64,000 bases of DNA from Podarcis gaigeae. Taxonomy: Eukaryota. A model generated the notes under the pieces. The model had not been told where the DNA came from. It saw only the letters and a list, made by a program, of their open reading frames with translations, and did not search any database. The translations under genes and the position numbers were made by a program. The DNA lies in the NCBI GenBank assembly GCA_964106915.2, contig OZ066914.1. The stretch is one strand, 5' to 3'. This document shows positions 50,111 to 63,000 of this stretch, one piece after another. Position 1 is the first letter of the stretch, and the number at the start of each line of letters is the position of its first letter.

Positions 50111-50246
50111 CAGGCATAGGCAAACTCGGTCCTCCGGATGTTTTGGGACTACAATTCCCATTATCCCTGACCACTGGTCCTGTTAGCTAGGGATGATGGG
50201 AGTTGTAGTCCCAAAATATCTGGAGGTCTGAGTTTGCCTATGCCTG
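50111..50246. mobile_element. hAT MITE with 8-bp TSD, nested in an older relative (about 50064-50328)
   Basis: TIRs caggcataggcaaactc / gagtttgcctatgcctg; ctatagct at 50103-50110 and 50247-50254. Confidence 0.9.
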
Positions 50247-50724
50247 CTATAGCTGCTTTCATCCCTGACCATATTGATGGAAGTTAGCATCCAGCAACAG
50301 AAAGCAAGTGATGGATTCCCCAGTTCTGACGTATATTATGAACCCAGAAAACCCTAAGATTTCATAGGAAGCGTCCTCAAGCCACAGTTTGTGAACCACA
50401 TAGAGTTAATGACTGGAACAAAAGAAATAACATGTAAAACTAATAATTTCATTTTATGCCTTCATTCAACTGCACCTGAATGCTGAAATTATGAGTCTGG
50501 ATCCTGCACTTTATAAATTTCTTTCACAACACCAACACTTTGGGATCATCTAAGGCTGCATACGCTAAAAGCACATTCACAACATATCACTCTGCCCCCT
50601 CAAGAACTGCAGGAGCTGTAGTTTACCACTCACAGGTGGAATCTACACACATATAAAAAAACGCTGTGAAAAATGCTTTTAAAAAAAAAGTTTTGAAAAA
50701 TATATTGAATTTGTCATAGCTCAC

Positions 50725-50757
50725 CATCACCATCTAGTGTCACATTTATATATTGCA
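50725..50757 (-). promoter_or_regulatory. Candidate CTCF site with upstream module
   Basis: Minus strand TGCAATA-N7-GTGACACTAGATGGTGATG; motif match only. Confidence 0.4.
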
Positions 50758-50919
50758 CTTTACAACTTAAAACATTTTATTTGTAGCTGTATAGCCAAGT
50801 CCACAGAGAAACAGTTCCTAGGATTTCGTGGGGTGGGGAGGGTGCTTTAAATGACCTTCAAATGCCTGGTGCTAACTCACAGATAATTTCCCAGGCACAC
50901 GGGTTTATCTACATGTGAT

Positions 50920-51147
50920 TCAAGTTACAAGAAAGGAGATTCTGACATCAGGAATAATTTTCTGATGGCAAGAGTTGTTAAGCAGTGGAACAGACTCCCT
51001 TGGAAGGTGGCGGATTCTCCTTCCTAGGAGGTTTTAAGCAGAGGTTGGGTGGCCATCTGACTTGGATGCTTATTTGAGATTCCTGAATTGCAGGGGGCTG
51101 GACTAGATGGCCTTTGGGGTCCCTTCCAACTCTACAATTCTATGATT
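50920..51147 (+). mobile_element. CR1 LINE 3' fragment
   Basis: cagtggaacagactcccttggaaggtgg...gggctggactagatggcctttggggtcccttccaactctacaattctatgatt (CR1 3' UTR with ATTCTRTG end). Confidence 0.9.
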
Positions 51148-51257
51148 TGATGTGTAACGTTTACAATTTATGAATGGTTGTGCTCTAGCAATGACCTTTG
51201 AATTTTAATAGATTAGTTACTGCTTCAAATACTGTACGGACAATTTGAAATACTGTA

Positions 51258-51513
51258 CAGTGGTACCTCGGGTTAAATACCCGAGGTACTACTCAGGTAC
51301 AGTGTTACAGACTTCAGGTTACAGACTCCACTAACCCAGAAATATCACCTCGGGTTAAGAACTTTGCTTCAGGATGAGAACAGAAATTGTGCTCCGTTGG
51401 CGCAGCGGCAGCAGGAGGCCCCATAAGCGAAAGTGGTGCTTCAAGTTAAGAACAGTTTCAGGTTAAGAACAGACCTCTGGAACAACTTAAGTACTTAACC
51501 CGAGGTACCACTG
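51258..51513. mobile_element. Tc1/mariner (Tigger-like) MITE with TA TSD and rearranged left end
   Basis: Same family as the 43320 and 45141 copies; extra inverted TIR copy at about 51279-51292. Confidence 0.85.
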
Positions 51514-52384
51514 TATATAAATTCTAGAAATGAGGCAATTTATTTTTATTGCCTGTTACTTACTGGACACTCAGAAACTACAAAAGGCCAAGCAGAAGTG
51601 GTGGCTGTGGTTGTGAATACCTTAAGAATATTAGTTCCTCTTGCCAGTTTTGCACTTGGTTTTCGGGTACTATAAAAGGAAGATCTTCATGCTTTTGATG
51701 TATTAAACTGCCTGCTTCCAGAAAACTGGAGTATAGCAAGAGCTTTTATGGATGCACATTTTCAGTGCTCCTTTTCATGTACTTGAAGCGACACTGTGTG
51801 AATGCAAAGGAAGCCAATAAAGCATGAAAGAATAATGTAATCCGGTGTATAATTACGAGCCTGCTTCTCTTACGCTTGTGCCCAGGGCAGTCTGCACTGC
51901 TCCCTTCCTCTCCCCACTGCTTCCTTGAGTGGCCTCTGCAGAGGTACTCAAAAGGGCTGATCTCTTTTAGGTATTCCACCTTGTTCTGCTTTTGCCTTAC
52001 ACTGAAACAGGCTTTTAATCTAGCTAAATGACTGGAACTGTGACCCTGAGCCTTCGTTCTAATTGAGCTTTTCACCGAATTAGGTCTTCGCTACGCTGGA
52101 TTGAAATCAGCCCAGGGAGGAACTCCCTTGAAGTCTTGTAAAGACATGCCGAATTTTCAACCCCTGTAATTAGAGCGAAGTCAGGAGCTCAGCATTTATC
52201 ACTCCATTACGCTACGTAGCTATCCTATTCACGCCAGATACAGGGAGACTGTGAAAGCAGTTATTCCAGCCAGCCATTCTTGCTATCTCTTAAACCCATT
52301 GAAGTGGCTACATATGCAGCACACATGAAAAAGGAAGCCTGCCTTTTTTAACTGTGAGAATACAACACACTGTTGTTGTAAGGC

Positions 52385-52746
52385 AATATTATAAAATGTC
52401 CGATAAAAATAGGGACATCCTATTCCATCATCATCATCATCATCATACTAATAATAATATTTATACCCCTCCCATCTGACTGGGTTACCCCAGCCACTCT
52501 GGGTGGCTTCTAACACATATAAAAACATAAGAAAACATTAAAGATTAAGAAGCTTCCCTCTCCCATCACAAGTCTTCTAAAGGTTGCATAGCTACTTATC
52601 TCCTTGGCTCAGGGGTCTCGTAACTCCATACCCTCCAACATTTCTCCAATGAAAATAGGGGTGTCCTAAGGAAAAGCAGGGCATTCCAGGACGGCTTCTG
52701 TAAATCTGGGATTGTTCCTGAAAAATAGGGGCAATTGGAGGGTCTC
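52385..52746. mobile_element. Composite repeat: CATACCCTCCAAC-type TIR element segments surrounding an L2-type 3' end
   Basis: gataaaaatagggacatcc (52401-52420), L2-type tail 52432-52560, cataccctccaacatt...ttggagggt 52627-52743, related to 47224-47923. Confidence 0.55.
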
Positions 52747-54107
52747 AGCTCCTGATTCCCATGACCTACCCCTGTAACTTAGCTGGTAACTGTTGGGTCT
52801 TCCAGGCCCTGCCCCTTTCCTAGGCCACACCCCCTTTCCCAGGCTGCACCTCTCTCCAGCTCTGCTCTGCTCTCTCCTCGAGCACTTTGCCTGGCTGGCA
52901 TGTGTCCTTGAACTACTTGCCCGGGTAGATGTGAAAGTGACCACACAAATGTAAACGTGACATCTGCTGCTCTGACCGCTTTTGCCTTTGGCTGCACACA
53001 CTCTTTACCTTTCAACTCTCAACCACCACTGGAAGATTGCCCAGGAGGAAAGCAGCTCTCGACTGAAAACATTTCCCCGTTCCTGCTTCCCACCAGCTGT
53101 CCTTGTTTTAAAAAGGAGATACACTTCAATACGTTGGCTGACATGTGTTAAAATGGAACATGACCAAAGTAAGATGCCCTATTCATTTCATAATATCGGA
53201 AGACAATGTGCTGGTATGCTGGGGGCTATCTGATTACATTTGATTAATGAGCATCTTGGGAGGCTTTTCATATGTTGTTAAAAAACAGTGAGGAAAACTT
53301 GAAATGAGTGGCCTGAGTAAAAAGGACATGCTCACTCATAAAAAAAAATGACCCAGGGGCCTATTGGCACATGCTGGGTACTTTTAGTGTGCATACCTAC
53401 AAATAAACCATAGGTGAATTAATGTGCCTTATATAGAAGTGTTCCTACAACACAGCTTATTCCATAAAAAGGCATTGTAAAGACTTCATTTTTTAAACAA
53501 AATCAACCTTCCCAACTTACTATCGTAACAACATTCAATATTCAGCATTATTCCATATTCAACAGTATTAATCTTCAGCACTAAATCTAGTTATAGCTAA
53601 TAAGGTTCAATAAAATCTCACCCTCTGAATTTTGCAAGTCCATCTGAAAAGCAAACAGAGCGAAACCTGAAACTAAACCCACAGAGTTATAACACAATAG
53701 GGGAAATCTGTGTGTTCTTATTTATAGCTACAGTTCTGCATTTTAACCTATTTTCTCTACTCTTGCTTAATTTTTGAATGCATATATATCCAATGACCTT
53801 TAATCTAGGAAACCTGAAGAGCAAATCTGTGGCCAGTGCTCCTTTATATAAACTTTCCTGGCACATAGAAAACTAGCATGCCAAGGGGGAACGATGGAAC
53901 AGAACACTTTTCTGGTGTTGGAATTGTTTTAATATATGGGAGTGCATTCAGATATTGGATAAGCGGTATAGCCCAGCCCCAAGAGCTACACCATATCATG
54001 ATCCTGATAATGCCGACAATTTCTTATTATTTGCCACAATCTGCCAAGAGTTCTTATAAAGTTATTTTATTGCTCTGATTTTCAAAAACTCCCTAAGGAT
54101 CTTTTAG

Positions 54108-54162
54108 TGTTGTTAGCTGCCCTGAGCCCAGCTTCGGCTGGGGAGGGCGGGATATAAATAAA

Positions 54163-54203
<41 letters not shown>
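54108..54203 (+). mobile_element. L2 LINE extreme 3' end with (TTA)n tail
   Basis: tgttagctgccctgagccc...gggagggcgggatataaataaa(tta)n. Confidence 0.7.
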
Positions 54204-54205
<2 letters not shown>

Positions 54206-55664
54206 AAAGTAAAGTTTTATTTTTGGCAAAGGAAATGTGTAGTTTCATTCTGGAAAGGTGCCTTTAACACATTCGGCAACTGAACTGAAGCAGCTCGTAT
54301 GATTTTGTGCAGGAAATTTCTTTCCTGAGAAGCCATTTAAATGAAGTTCTCGACTTGTCTTGATAACTTTTTTGGAGCAAGGGATAGGCTGCCTTGCATA
54401 ATTCTTTGCCTGCCAGGCATATCTACATGCTGACCTGCTGTATAAGTTGCCTGTCTGAGAGGGGATATACAAAAGGATTATACCTTCCTTTCAGGGCAGA
54501 CTCAGACAGGTATCTGGTCTGGAACACATCCCCTTGTTTGATGACCTGCCTCTAAGGCATCTGTCTAGTTATCTTCCTGCTCAGCTTGGAGTTGTGTTAC
54601 TGGCAGATTGAACTGTTGCCTGCCTGGGGGGTACTCTGACAAAGTACCTACTAGGCAATTCTGAACAATTATTCAGCTCAAATGTATCATCTTTCTGAAA
54701 GGTAGCAACTGCGTTGCAGTTTCCATCATTGTATTTTCATATTGCGCCTTCTTCTTGTGCTCAGTCTCTTTCACCTTCGCTGCGTATTTACAGTGTATCA
54801 TCATCATCATCATTTTAATTAGTGGTAGTAATATGTCCCCATCTAAGTAAAACACACGCCAACGATACTAGAAGCAAAGAGAGGCTTTGGCCTTGAGGAG
54901 AAATCTCAAGGAGAGACATGTAATCCGTTATAGTGATACACCTGAGGCATAACACCTGCCTATAATTTGTCACCCCATCCATGACGGATGAATTTGGGGT
55001 GTCCAATGTCATGCCACTGCCCAGTTTCAGAGGCCACAATCCAGACTGGTTCTGAAGTGGGAGACAAGGACTTACCATGGTGATGCTCTTTCCGCTTTCT
55101 TCATTTTTAACACAGGGGTGGGGAATCTTATTTAGTCCGAGAGCCTTGTGGGCAACCTTCCAGGACAAATGTGGGCAGAGCAATGGAAAGAGCTGTGCTC
55201 CTCCCTGTATGGTTAAAAAGATTGCGACAGAAACAACCTCCACTTCCAGGATGATCTCCTCCTCTGAAAACAGCACAATGAAATCCCAAGATGGATTTGG
55301 CGATTCCTCTTGGGCTGTATTGACATATGCCACCCTGGCTTAGCAGGGACTCAAGGGGCCTAACTTATACATTTGTAAGACCCCAAAACTGGGGGTTCTG
55401 GGGTGTGACAAGGGCGTGACAGGACAAGAAGAGACTTGTATATATTCCAAACACCATCATGCTCAGTTATATGATGAGGCAACCTGCTCAGCCAGTGAAA
55501 AGGGTGGTGTAAGTAAAATTCGTTTGGAATAGAAGTATTTTAAGCTACCATACATTACGCCTGCATAAATTGTGCCTGATTTCTATAGCTATTATTGCTC
55601 TGTATGCTGTATAGGACTCTCATAACCACCTTCAGTATGCTTTGGATTCTGGCACCTGACAGTG

Positions 55665-55886
55665 TTTAACTAAGTTGTTGCATGCATGGCAAGAGGTCCA
55701 CTTGCACAATGGGAATTCCCTTCTCCTCCCACACCCTGCATCCCATAAACCTGCCCCAGAGGGTTGGGAGAACTCCATACAGGCTTAGGGGGTGCGCAGC
55801 AGCAGGAGGGGATGAAATTCCATTGTGTGAGTGGCCCTTGTTCCGTGCATGCACACCTCACTTAGTACCACGTTGAATTCCACCCA
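55665..55886. mobile_element. Degenerate palindromic MITE-like repeat
   Basis: Imperfect inversion (tgcatgcatgg..ccacttgcacaatgggaatt / aattccattgtgtgagtgg..ccgtgcatgca); related relic near 16024-16240. Confidence 0.5.
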
Positions 55887-57995
55887 ATGTGTATTTATGT
55901 GATGAGAGAGAGCAAGGAAGAAAACCTTCATACAAAATGTAGCATAGTATTTTAGAACTACTTGTTGCACCACATCTCTCAAGCATGTGACTATACAGCT
56001 TGAAATTGATAACATCACTGTCAAACTTGCATTTAAAAAATAGATGCCAGTAAATTGGCATTGCTTTAAAAATTGAGGTAAAGGAAAATAGATGCTGCAT
56101 GCAGTGTATTCCAGAAGCATATTCAGAAGCATCATCCATAAACAATCCTAAAATATTTATAAAGGGCGGTCTACTGCAACTTTATTTTCCACAAAATAAA
56201 TGCCATAAGCCTGAGATGTGTAATAAAGGTCTGAGATTTATTAGTGGGGAAAATCGAGCAGACACTGCTAAATTATGAATGATACTGGAGTTTTCTTATC
56301 CTCTAGAGAAAGATGAGATGGGATTAGGGAAGAAACAAGAAACTAGATAATCAAGAACCACATTTTTTGTGTGGGGCGGAGCAGGCATGGTAAGACCATT
56401 TCTGATGTCAAACTGTTACTGATCCTATCAGATGGTGTCATGGGCCAGGAGTTGGCTTCACCTGCTGAGCAGCAGCCCGAAGGAGCAGAGGGCGGAGTGA
56501 TCAGCCTTCTTGCTCTTGATGAGAACCATTAAGCAGGGTTTCCAGCCTCAGTCAGTTCCTGGAAACAACATTCATCGTTCCTGACCAGATCTTGATGCTT
56601 CTTCCTTTTTGTGATCTTGGACCCTCAGCTTTCTTAACCCCCGGATAGTCTGACTACATGAACTGAGATACTCCTGACCTTAGGACTGGAACTTGTATAT
56701 GGACTCTGCCGCTAGGCAAGTACCCACCCTGAGACTTGGCTGGTTGGCTGGCTTCTCCCTCCACTGACAGGACTAGAATTCATTCTTATTCTAAAGAGGT
56801 TCTTCTGTACTATGACTTGTCTACAAATAAGGACAATTTAGAAGTAGGGGATGGCGTGGTAGGGCTGCACTGCTCACCTGAGCTCTCCCTAATTTAGTTG
56901 CCACTGCATACCAAGACGGAGAGGTAGAGGAATGAGCTTGTGCAGCACAGGAGTGCGGGATGAGAGCATGCCTGCCCCCCTCTCTCCATCCTGGTATTCT
57001 GCAGCAAGTCAGCTGAATTGAGGTCAAATGAGTGGTTGAGCCCCACCATGATCTCTGCTACTGCAATCTAGAAGAAGTTAAGTCACCAAAGGAGCGCAAG
57101 TGGAACGCACATGTAGGGGTGTCTCGCTCGTAAACAGCAATTCCAGATACCAACGAAGATACCAACGATTCAGTACTGCTCAGCCAGAAAATGGGAGTCT
57201 CCTCAATTCTGCAACATTCCCTTCATCTTCCTGTAGGATTGTGGCAGTACCTGTCAAGGTGAAGTGGCAGTTCAGGACCATGTCTAGCTTTAAGGTGGTC
57301 CGCGAAGCCAAGCTGCTGGCCCAACCCAATTCTTAATTTATGTCATGCACAGGAAATCTGGATGAGAAGTGATTAAGGATTTTTGGGGAAAGTGAGCAGT
57401 ATGTTACATCATATATAGGCCTCCTTACTTGTGTAGATCAACTGTAGGAATCTTGTCCTGGGGCCCAGGTTTTGGATCTGGTCCTTTTTGAGATCACATG
57501 TTGCAATACAAATACATAGTGAAACACACTCCAAAAGGAAAAGCTGATTTGTTTGAAGATACCTTTTTAAAAAGAGTCTAACTCGTATATCTTCACTTTG
57601 AGGGTTAACAGAAAGAGTACAGCTCACAGGAGAACTGAAAGCATGTACAACCACCAGCTGCAGCACAGAGTAATGCCTCAGTATTGTTGATCAGATGTAA
57701 CTCTAATGGAAATAAACGGTGTCCTCTTGGCTTACTCTTTCGATATATCACCTCCTGTTTCCCAAAATGGTTTCACTCTATGAGGAAATAAGACATCAGC
57801 AGGACAAACAATTTTCCATGAAAGAGGCCTATAGAGAGTCAATGTCTGTGATTTCCCAAAGTGTCAGTTGTGATTGGGATCTCTGAAGAAAGGAGTAGAC
57901 TAGCAAGAGTCTTGCTGATGCAAGCCCAGGTATCCGGGTTGGAGGCAAACTGCTATTGGTAGGAAGTATATGTCACATTCAAGTAACCAATGCAC

Positions 57996-58124
57996 ATTTA
58001 AAGCACATGACTTCCCCAAAGAAAACTGGGAACTGTAGTTCACCTCCCACAGTGCTACAACTCCCCGACCCTTTAGAAATCTACAGTTCCCAAGATTTTT
58101 TGGAGGAAGCCATCTGCTTTAAAT
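57996..58124. mobile_element. Palindromic MITE
   Basis: atttaaagca..cttccccaaagaaaactgggaactgtag / ctacagttcccaagattttttggaggaag..tgctttaaat. Confidence 0.65.
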
Positions 58125-59685
58125 ATAAGCTGTTGATAGCTTTTAAGATGATACAAATGATTTGGTATGAAACTGTGTATGTGCAATGTTTGGGGCCCAG
58201 TGTCAGTAGTTTTGGGATGTGCTTTATTGGCTGTATCAAGATAAGGATGTTGGTGCAACGACTCTTTCTCATTCCCTCCTCTTCATTGCATTCCCCAAAA
58301 AGCTCCTCTTGAGGGTCAGTAGTCCCTCTAGAATGCTGTCCAATGGGATGTGGTGAGGCTGCAGTGGGTGGAGGAAACTGGTTGCTGATTTTCTGCCTTT
58401 TTGTGGCAGTCCCACGTAGTTCATCTTGCATCATTCTGGACCTTTTGGGCAGTACAGAAAGCTGCAGTGAGGAAGTCCACCTTCTCACGTTCCTTTGGAG
58501 ATCACCCATTGTTTTCCCACTGTGAGGTAGATAATTATTAGTCCCATTATTTGTAGGAGACTCAGCTGTATCAAATGACCAGGAGGTCATGTGGCAATGT
58601 CTTCTCGTGTTGTATCATCTTACGTGGAAGATCATTGTATTGAATGTGTGTCCCAATAAAAAAACTTGCCATCGTGTGGCACGTTTTGCCAAGTTCCTTT
58701 ACATATAATTTTGCCGATGTCCTTTACTTATAATTCCCCCCCCCCCAACATAAGCACTCCATTTGGACTATTGTCTGAGAAAACTGTACCACATGAGATG
58801 ATGCACACACATTTGAGTCTACTCTAAGGTTGAGTTTTTTACCATACTTGTGCGTAAGTTAAGTTGAAGCCTGTGAGAGGCATAAAATGTTTTCAGTCCA
58901 AACATTTCAGTTTAACTAGTTTGCTGAACTACCAGATCAAAGCAAGCCACTTTGCAAAAACCACACCAGTGAGTCAGAATATACATCTAGACAGTGCTTT
59001 TTCTGGGGGTACGCATACCCCTAAACAGTTTGTGAATCTAAGTTTGGCCTCATTGAGAGGCAGTATTTCAATATGAATAGGAAAATGAGAGTATCCCTAA
59101 ACATTTTTTAAGAAAAAAAGCACTGCATCTATATCTAAGCATAGCATATTTAAATAATTTATGTAGCACCCTAAAAGAGTCTCTGCTGTCCAATAATATA
59201 AAACAGGTTACATAAAAGAGGAGTAACTCCTCTGGTAGACCCCACCTATTCTCTGTCACCCCCTCAAGAAATGGCAAATGGATCAGATTCGCAGAAAGAA
59301 CAGGTGAAAGGAGGAACAAATTACAGTTAGAGGATTTTCAGGGCCCCCAATGGCTTTAGGGCTTGGCATTTTTATATTGCCTAGCAGGTCTGGCCATTCT
59401 GGCCATTCTAACTCCTCAAACCGGCCAACCTAAAGCTTCTTAGCTATGGCTTTTTTTCCTGCTCAACTTGTGCTGTGGAGGAGTGTGTGTGTCATTGTAA
59501 TTGCCAGACTCTTCAAGTTGGCTTTGAACCCTATGAGAACAGGAGAAAAGCAGGTGTCATGAATCTGCCTGCTCACTAGGAAGATGGCAAGCCCAAATGC
59601 CTAGAAGCCTAGCCATTTCCATACTCCAATTTTTTCATTTATTGCAACTATTTATTGCTCACTTTTGCCTTACATGTGTTGTATA

Positions 59686-59718
59686 TGCAATATAACACTG
59701 TGATACTAGATGGCGCTG
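59686..59718 (+). promoter_or_regulatory. Candidate CTCF site with upstream module
   Basis: TGCAATA-N7-GTGATACTAGATGGCGCTG; motif match only. Confidence 0.45.
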
Positions 59719-60020
59719 TGGAGTCCCACCTTTCCCAACTGGATTTCCCTGTATGAGTTTACAACATGTTTCACTGAATTGCTTCTTTGATCTGAAACTG
59801 TGAATGTGCCAATTCTATCCCCAAAGGAGATGAATTTGTGTTTGGTTTTCACCAACACTCAGAATCACAATTAACACATTAGCAGTTTGTGTGCGCACAG
59901 GTGTGTGTGTGTATGTGTGTGTGAAAGAGATAGAGAGAGGGTGTGTTTCTTTTTTCAGGGGGGTACTTGTAGATTTTTCAAAAATCATTTGTTCCTCAAG
60001 CACTTGGTAGAATATACCAC

Positions 60021-60039
60021 ATTCCACAAGATGGCAGTA
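60021..60039 (+). promoter_or_regulatory. Candidate CTCF core site
   Basis: ATTCCACAAGATGGCAGTA matches the CCASYAGRKGGCRS consensus except at two degenerate positions. Confidence 0.5.
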
Positions 60040-63000
60040 ACTTCCTTCTTTTAAAAATGACTTTAACTTTCTTTTAACCTTGTTCTAAGTAAAGTATTTC
60101 ATCAGTAGAATTTCTTCCAAGCAAAGATTACATTTTCCCTCTATAGCTAAATTGTTCAGAACGTTATTTTAAACAAGACCTAGAGAAGAAATGGAGTAAG
60201 CTTTTGTTTTTAAAAACTCTACCATTGGTATTTCCTAAATTCATTGTCTCCGATTGACTGTGAGCCCCCATTTTCATTTTCTTTTTTACGTTATATAGAC
60301 AGAGAAAGGCATTGTTATGGAATTTTTATACCAGTTGTTCTAATGGACTTTGCATTGCAATCTTCAGATGGTTATAATTGTTAAAATCCCTTTCTTTTAC
60401 ATTGTATACTTTCCTATCTTTATCGGTCCTTCTGTTTCCCCTATTTTCTCATGTTCTTGAAATCACAATGGAGTACAAAATTCTGAGGGGGATCTAGAGA
60501 GAGCTATAATACTGTGCAGGCACAGTGTGTGTTTCCATCAGATCAAGAGCCTGTTGGATTGCTGGCGTTTAACAGTGCTTTTATAAATATTAGATTACAT
60601 GACCGTAAAGTCAGTTTACAAAGACCTATTTGTAAGAAGTGTGCTTTTAATTCTCTCCATGAAATGCCTGGAGAGTAATGTGGGAATAAATTTACAGTGA
60701 AGAAATTAAACTGTGCTACAGCTGCAGCCTTCCCGTGACTTATTTTGCAGGAGCTCTGTTGAATTCAGTTAGCACTCCTTAGAACCAATTCATGTGGACT
60801 GATTTTGACATGGGCCTGTAGAACCTCATAATGCATTGGGGGAATTACTTGTTTATAGGGTTGCTACCTCACAACCCATTTCATTTCCATCTAAAGCAGG
60901 GAACGAGGCAGCTGTTGTGCCATTTCCCTTCACAGTCATGTCATTTCTTCATTCCCCTGTCAAGAGCAAGTGTGAAGGTCTGCTGCACAGCAGGTGAAAG
61001 AGGTAGCAAATGAAAGGACCTCAGAGGGAATGGGCAAGGCGATGCTTCCAACCTTCCTGTTTTAACAGGAAGTCTGGAAGGCCCCGTTCAGGTTATGAGT
61101 AGGCAACCCAACTGGTTTGAAATACTGCCCCCATCAGTGTGGAATGTTTTATATATTAGTCAAAAGCTACTAGTTTAGCCTTCAGCCTTCAGGTGTTTTC
61201 CATGTGGGGAAATACTTTTCCATGAAAGCCAAGGAAACAGTTTCTCCAAGTGCATTCTTATGTGGTAGGGGGGCAGGAGAGTCCTGTAAGGCGTGCAGGG
61301 CTGCGTAATAATTGACCATGCCCACAAGTGTATTTCTTTTTCCCATGGCGCTGGTTTAATGCATTCTTAAATTGCAGCCTTGGAGACTTGCACTATTTCT
61401 TTAAATTTGGACACCAGCAGACAAGGCAGCAGAGCTGTTCCTGCTTGTTCCTTGCCCATCCAATCCACTCTTCCTTTCCTCTTATGTAGGATACTCAAAG
61501 TCTAGTTCGTTACAGCAGCTGGAAAGTTCAAATGCCACTGAAAACAGGCTGCCACACATCCTTGCTCACCCTAGCCTCACTATGGCACTACATAAATAGA
61601 GAGGGCACTGCAGATTAGAACACACTCAGTACTCTCTTGCAACTGTCAATTGCAGGGGAAGATTAGTAAGAGTGGACCACATTGTGTGGACAACGTTGTG
61701 TGTGTGATGTCAGGACATTAGGAGGAGCTGGGGACAGAGCTGAATGTGGCAGCTGTGCAGCTTCAATGGCGGCAGGCTCCTTCAACCCTTCTTCCCCTCT
61801 GTGGCAGGAGGAGAAGGAGCTGGCCGCTGGAATCACACTGTGGTCAGCTTCACACTTTGCCTCAGTGCTTTTGGGATGTTGAGGTGTTTGATCCCCACCC
61901 CCCAAATTTAGGTGAGACAAAAGGGTTTGACCCCCCCCCCAGGAGCTGGCACCCTTGCTTGCAGCCTACATGGTACTGGATGGAAAGCATGCATTACCCT
62001 GCTCCCCCCCCTTTTAAATAGAGACCTCAACTTTTCTTTCTAGTTTAGCATATGCTTGCAGAACTGGGGGTTAGTGTGACAGCTGCAGCCCACTTGGCCT
62101 TGTTCTTTCATGCATATTGAAAACATGCTGGTTATGTTTAATCTGGTGGGGTTGAAATTGTGATGGTTTATCCGTTCCTCAAAAAAAAAAAAAAAACAGA
62201 AACCCTGCAGTTTTAATGTCATCTTTGCTCCTCATGTGGGTTTGCATTCTTATAAGAAGAGGAACTGAAGGAGTAAAGGAATGGAAACTAGTTCAAAAAC
62301 AATTTCCTGGAGGTTGACAGCTATATACAAACCTTATTAATTTATCTCACAGTCAGTGCTGGGGATTCGGAAAGGAATGAATGTGGAAAGGTGTGCCGCT
62401 GAGGGAGTTGGGTGTGTGTGTGTGTGGAGGCATGATGTGTGACTGTAGGTATTTATGAAAGGTATGGCTTCTGGCCTCTTGTTTACACACAACTGGGTAG
62501 GAAACTCTTCTTGATTTGCAAAATGAATTTTAGTCCGAGGTAGGCTAAAAGCTTCATTCATTCCGATTAAAGCTCCCTGAAACTATCAGGTTTGCAGCCA
62601 TTTGTTACACTTTAAGTAGCAGTGCATAAATGCCTTTGCTGTTGGTATACAATTTAATCCCTGCTGACAGCAGCTCCATTTCTGAGAGTTTCAAGCACAT
62701 CACTTTTATTCGCCTTTTCAAAACATCTCTGTAAGCCACCAAGCCTTGCTGATTATTTTATTCCGCTGGGTTCTGGTGGCAGGAAGGCGGCAGGAGCCTT
62801 GCATCCCAGCTCAGACAAGTTGTCAGCGTGAATTGGTCTTCCCGTACTAACGTGAGCAATATGTGTGAGGGCTGTGCGCAGGGGCTGGCATTTATGCTTG
62901 GGCTTTATATTCCCCAATAGTATCTGTATTTGTTATAATAATCTTTCTCTGCTGGCCTGCTGTAAGGGAGGTGGGCAGTTATTGGCCTTGTTCTTTGACC

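Noticed and set aside
56436-56769. Solo LTR (TGTCA...TGACA)
   Set aside because: Termini are suggestive but no target-site duplication is visible; the same applies to 6812-7110 and 14438-14908
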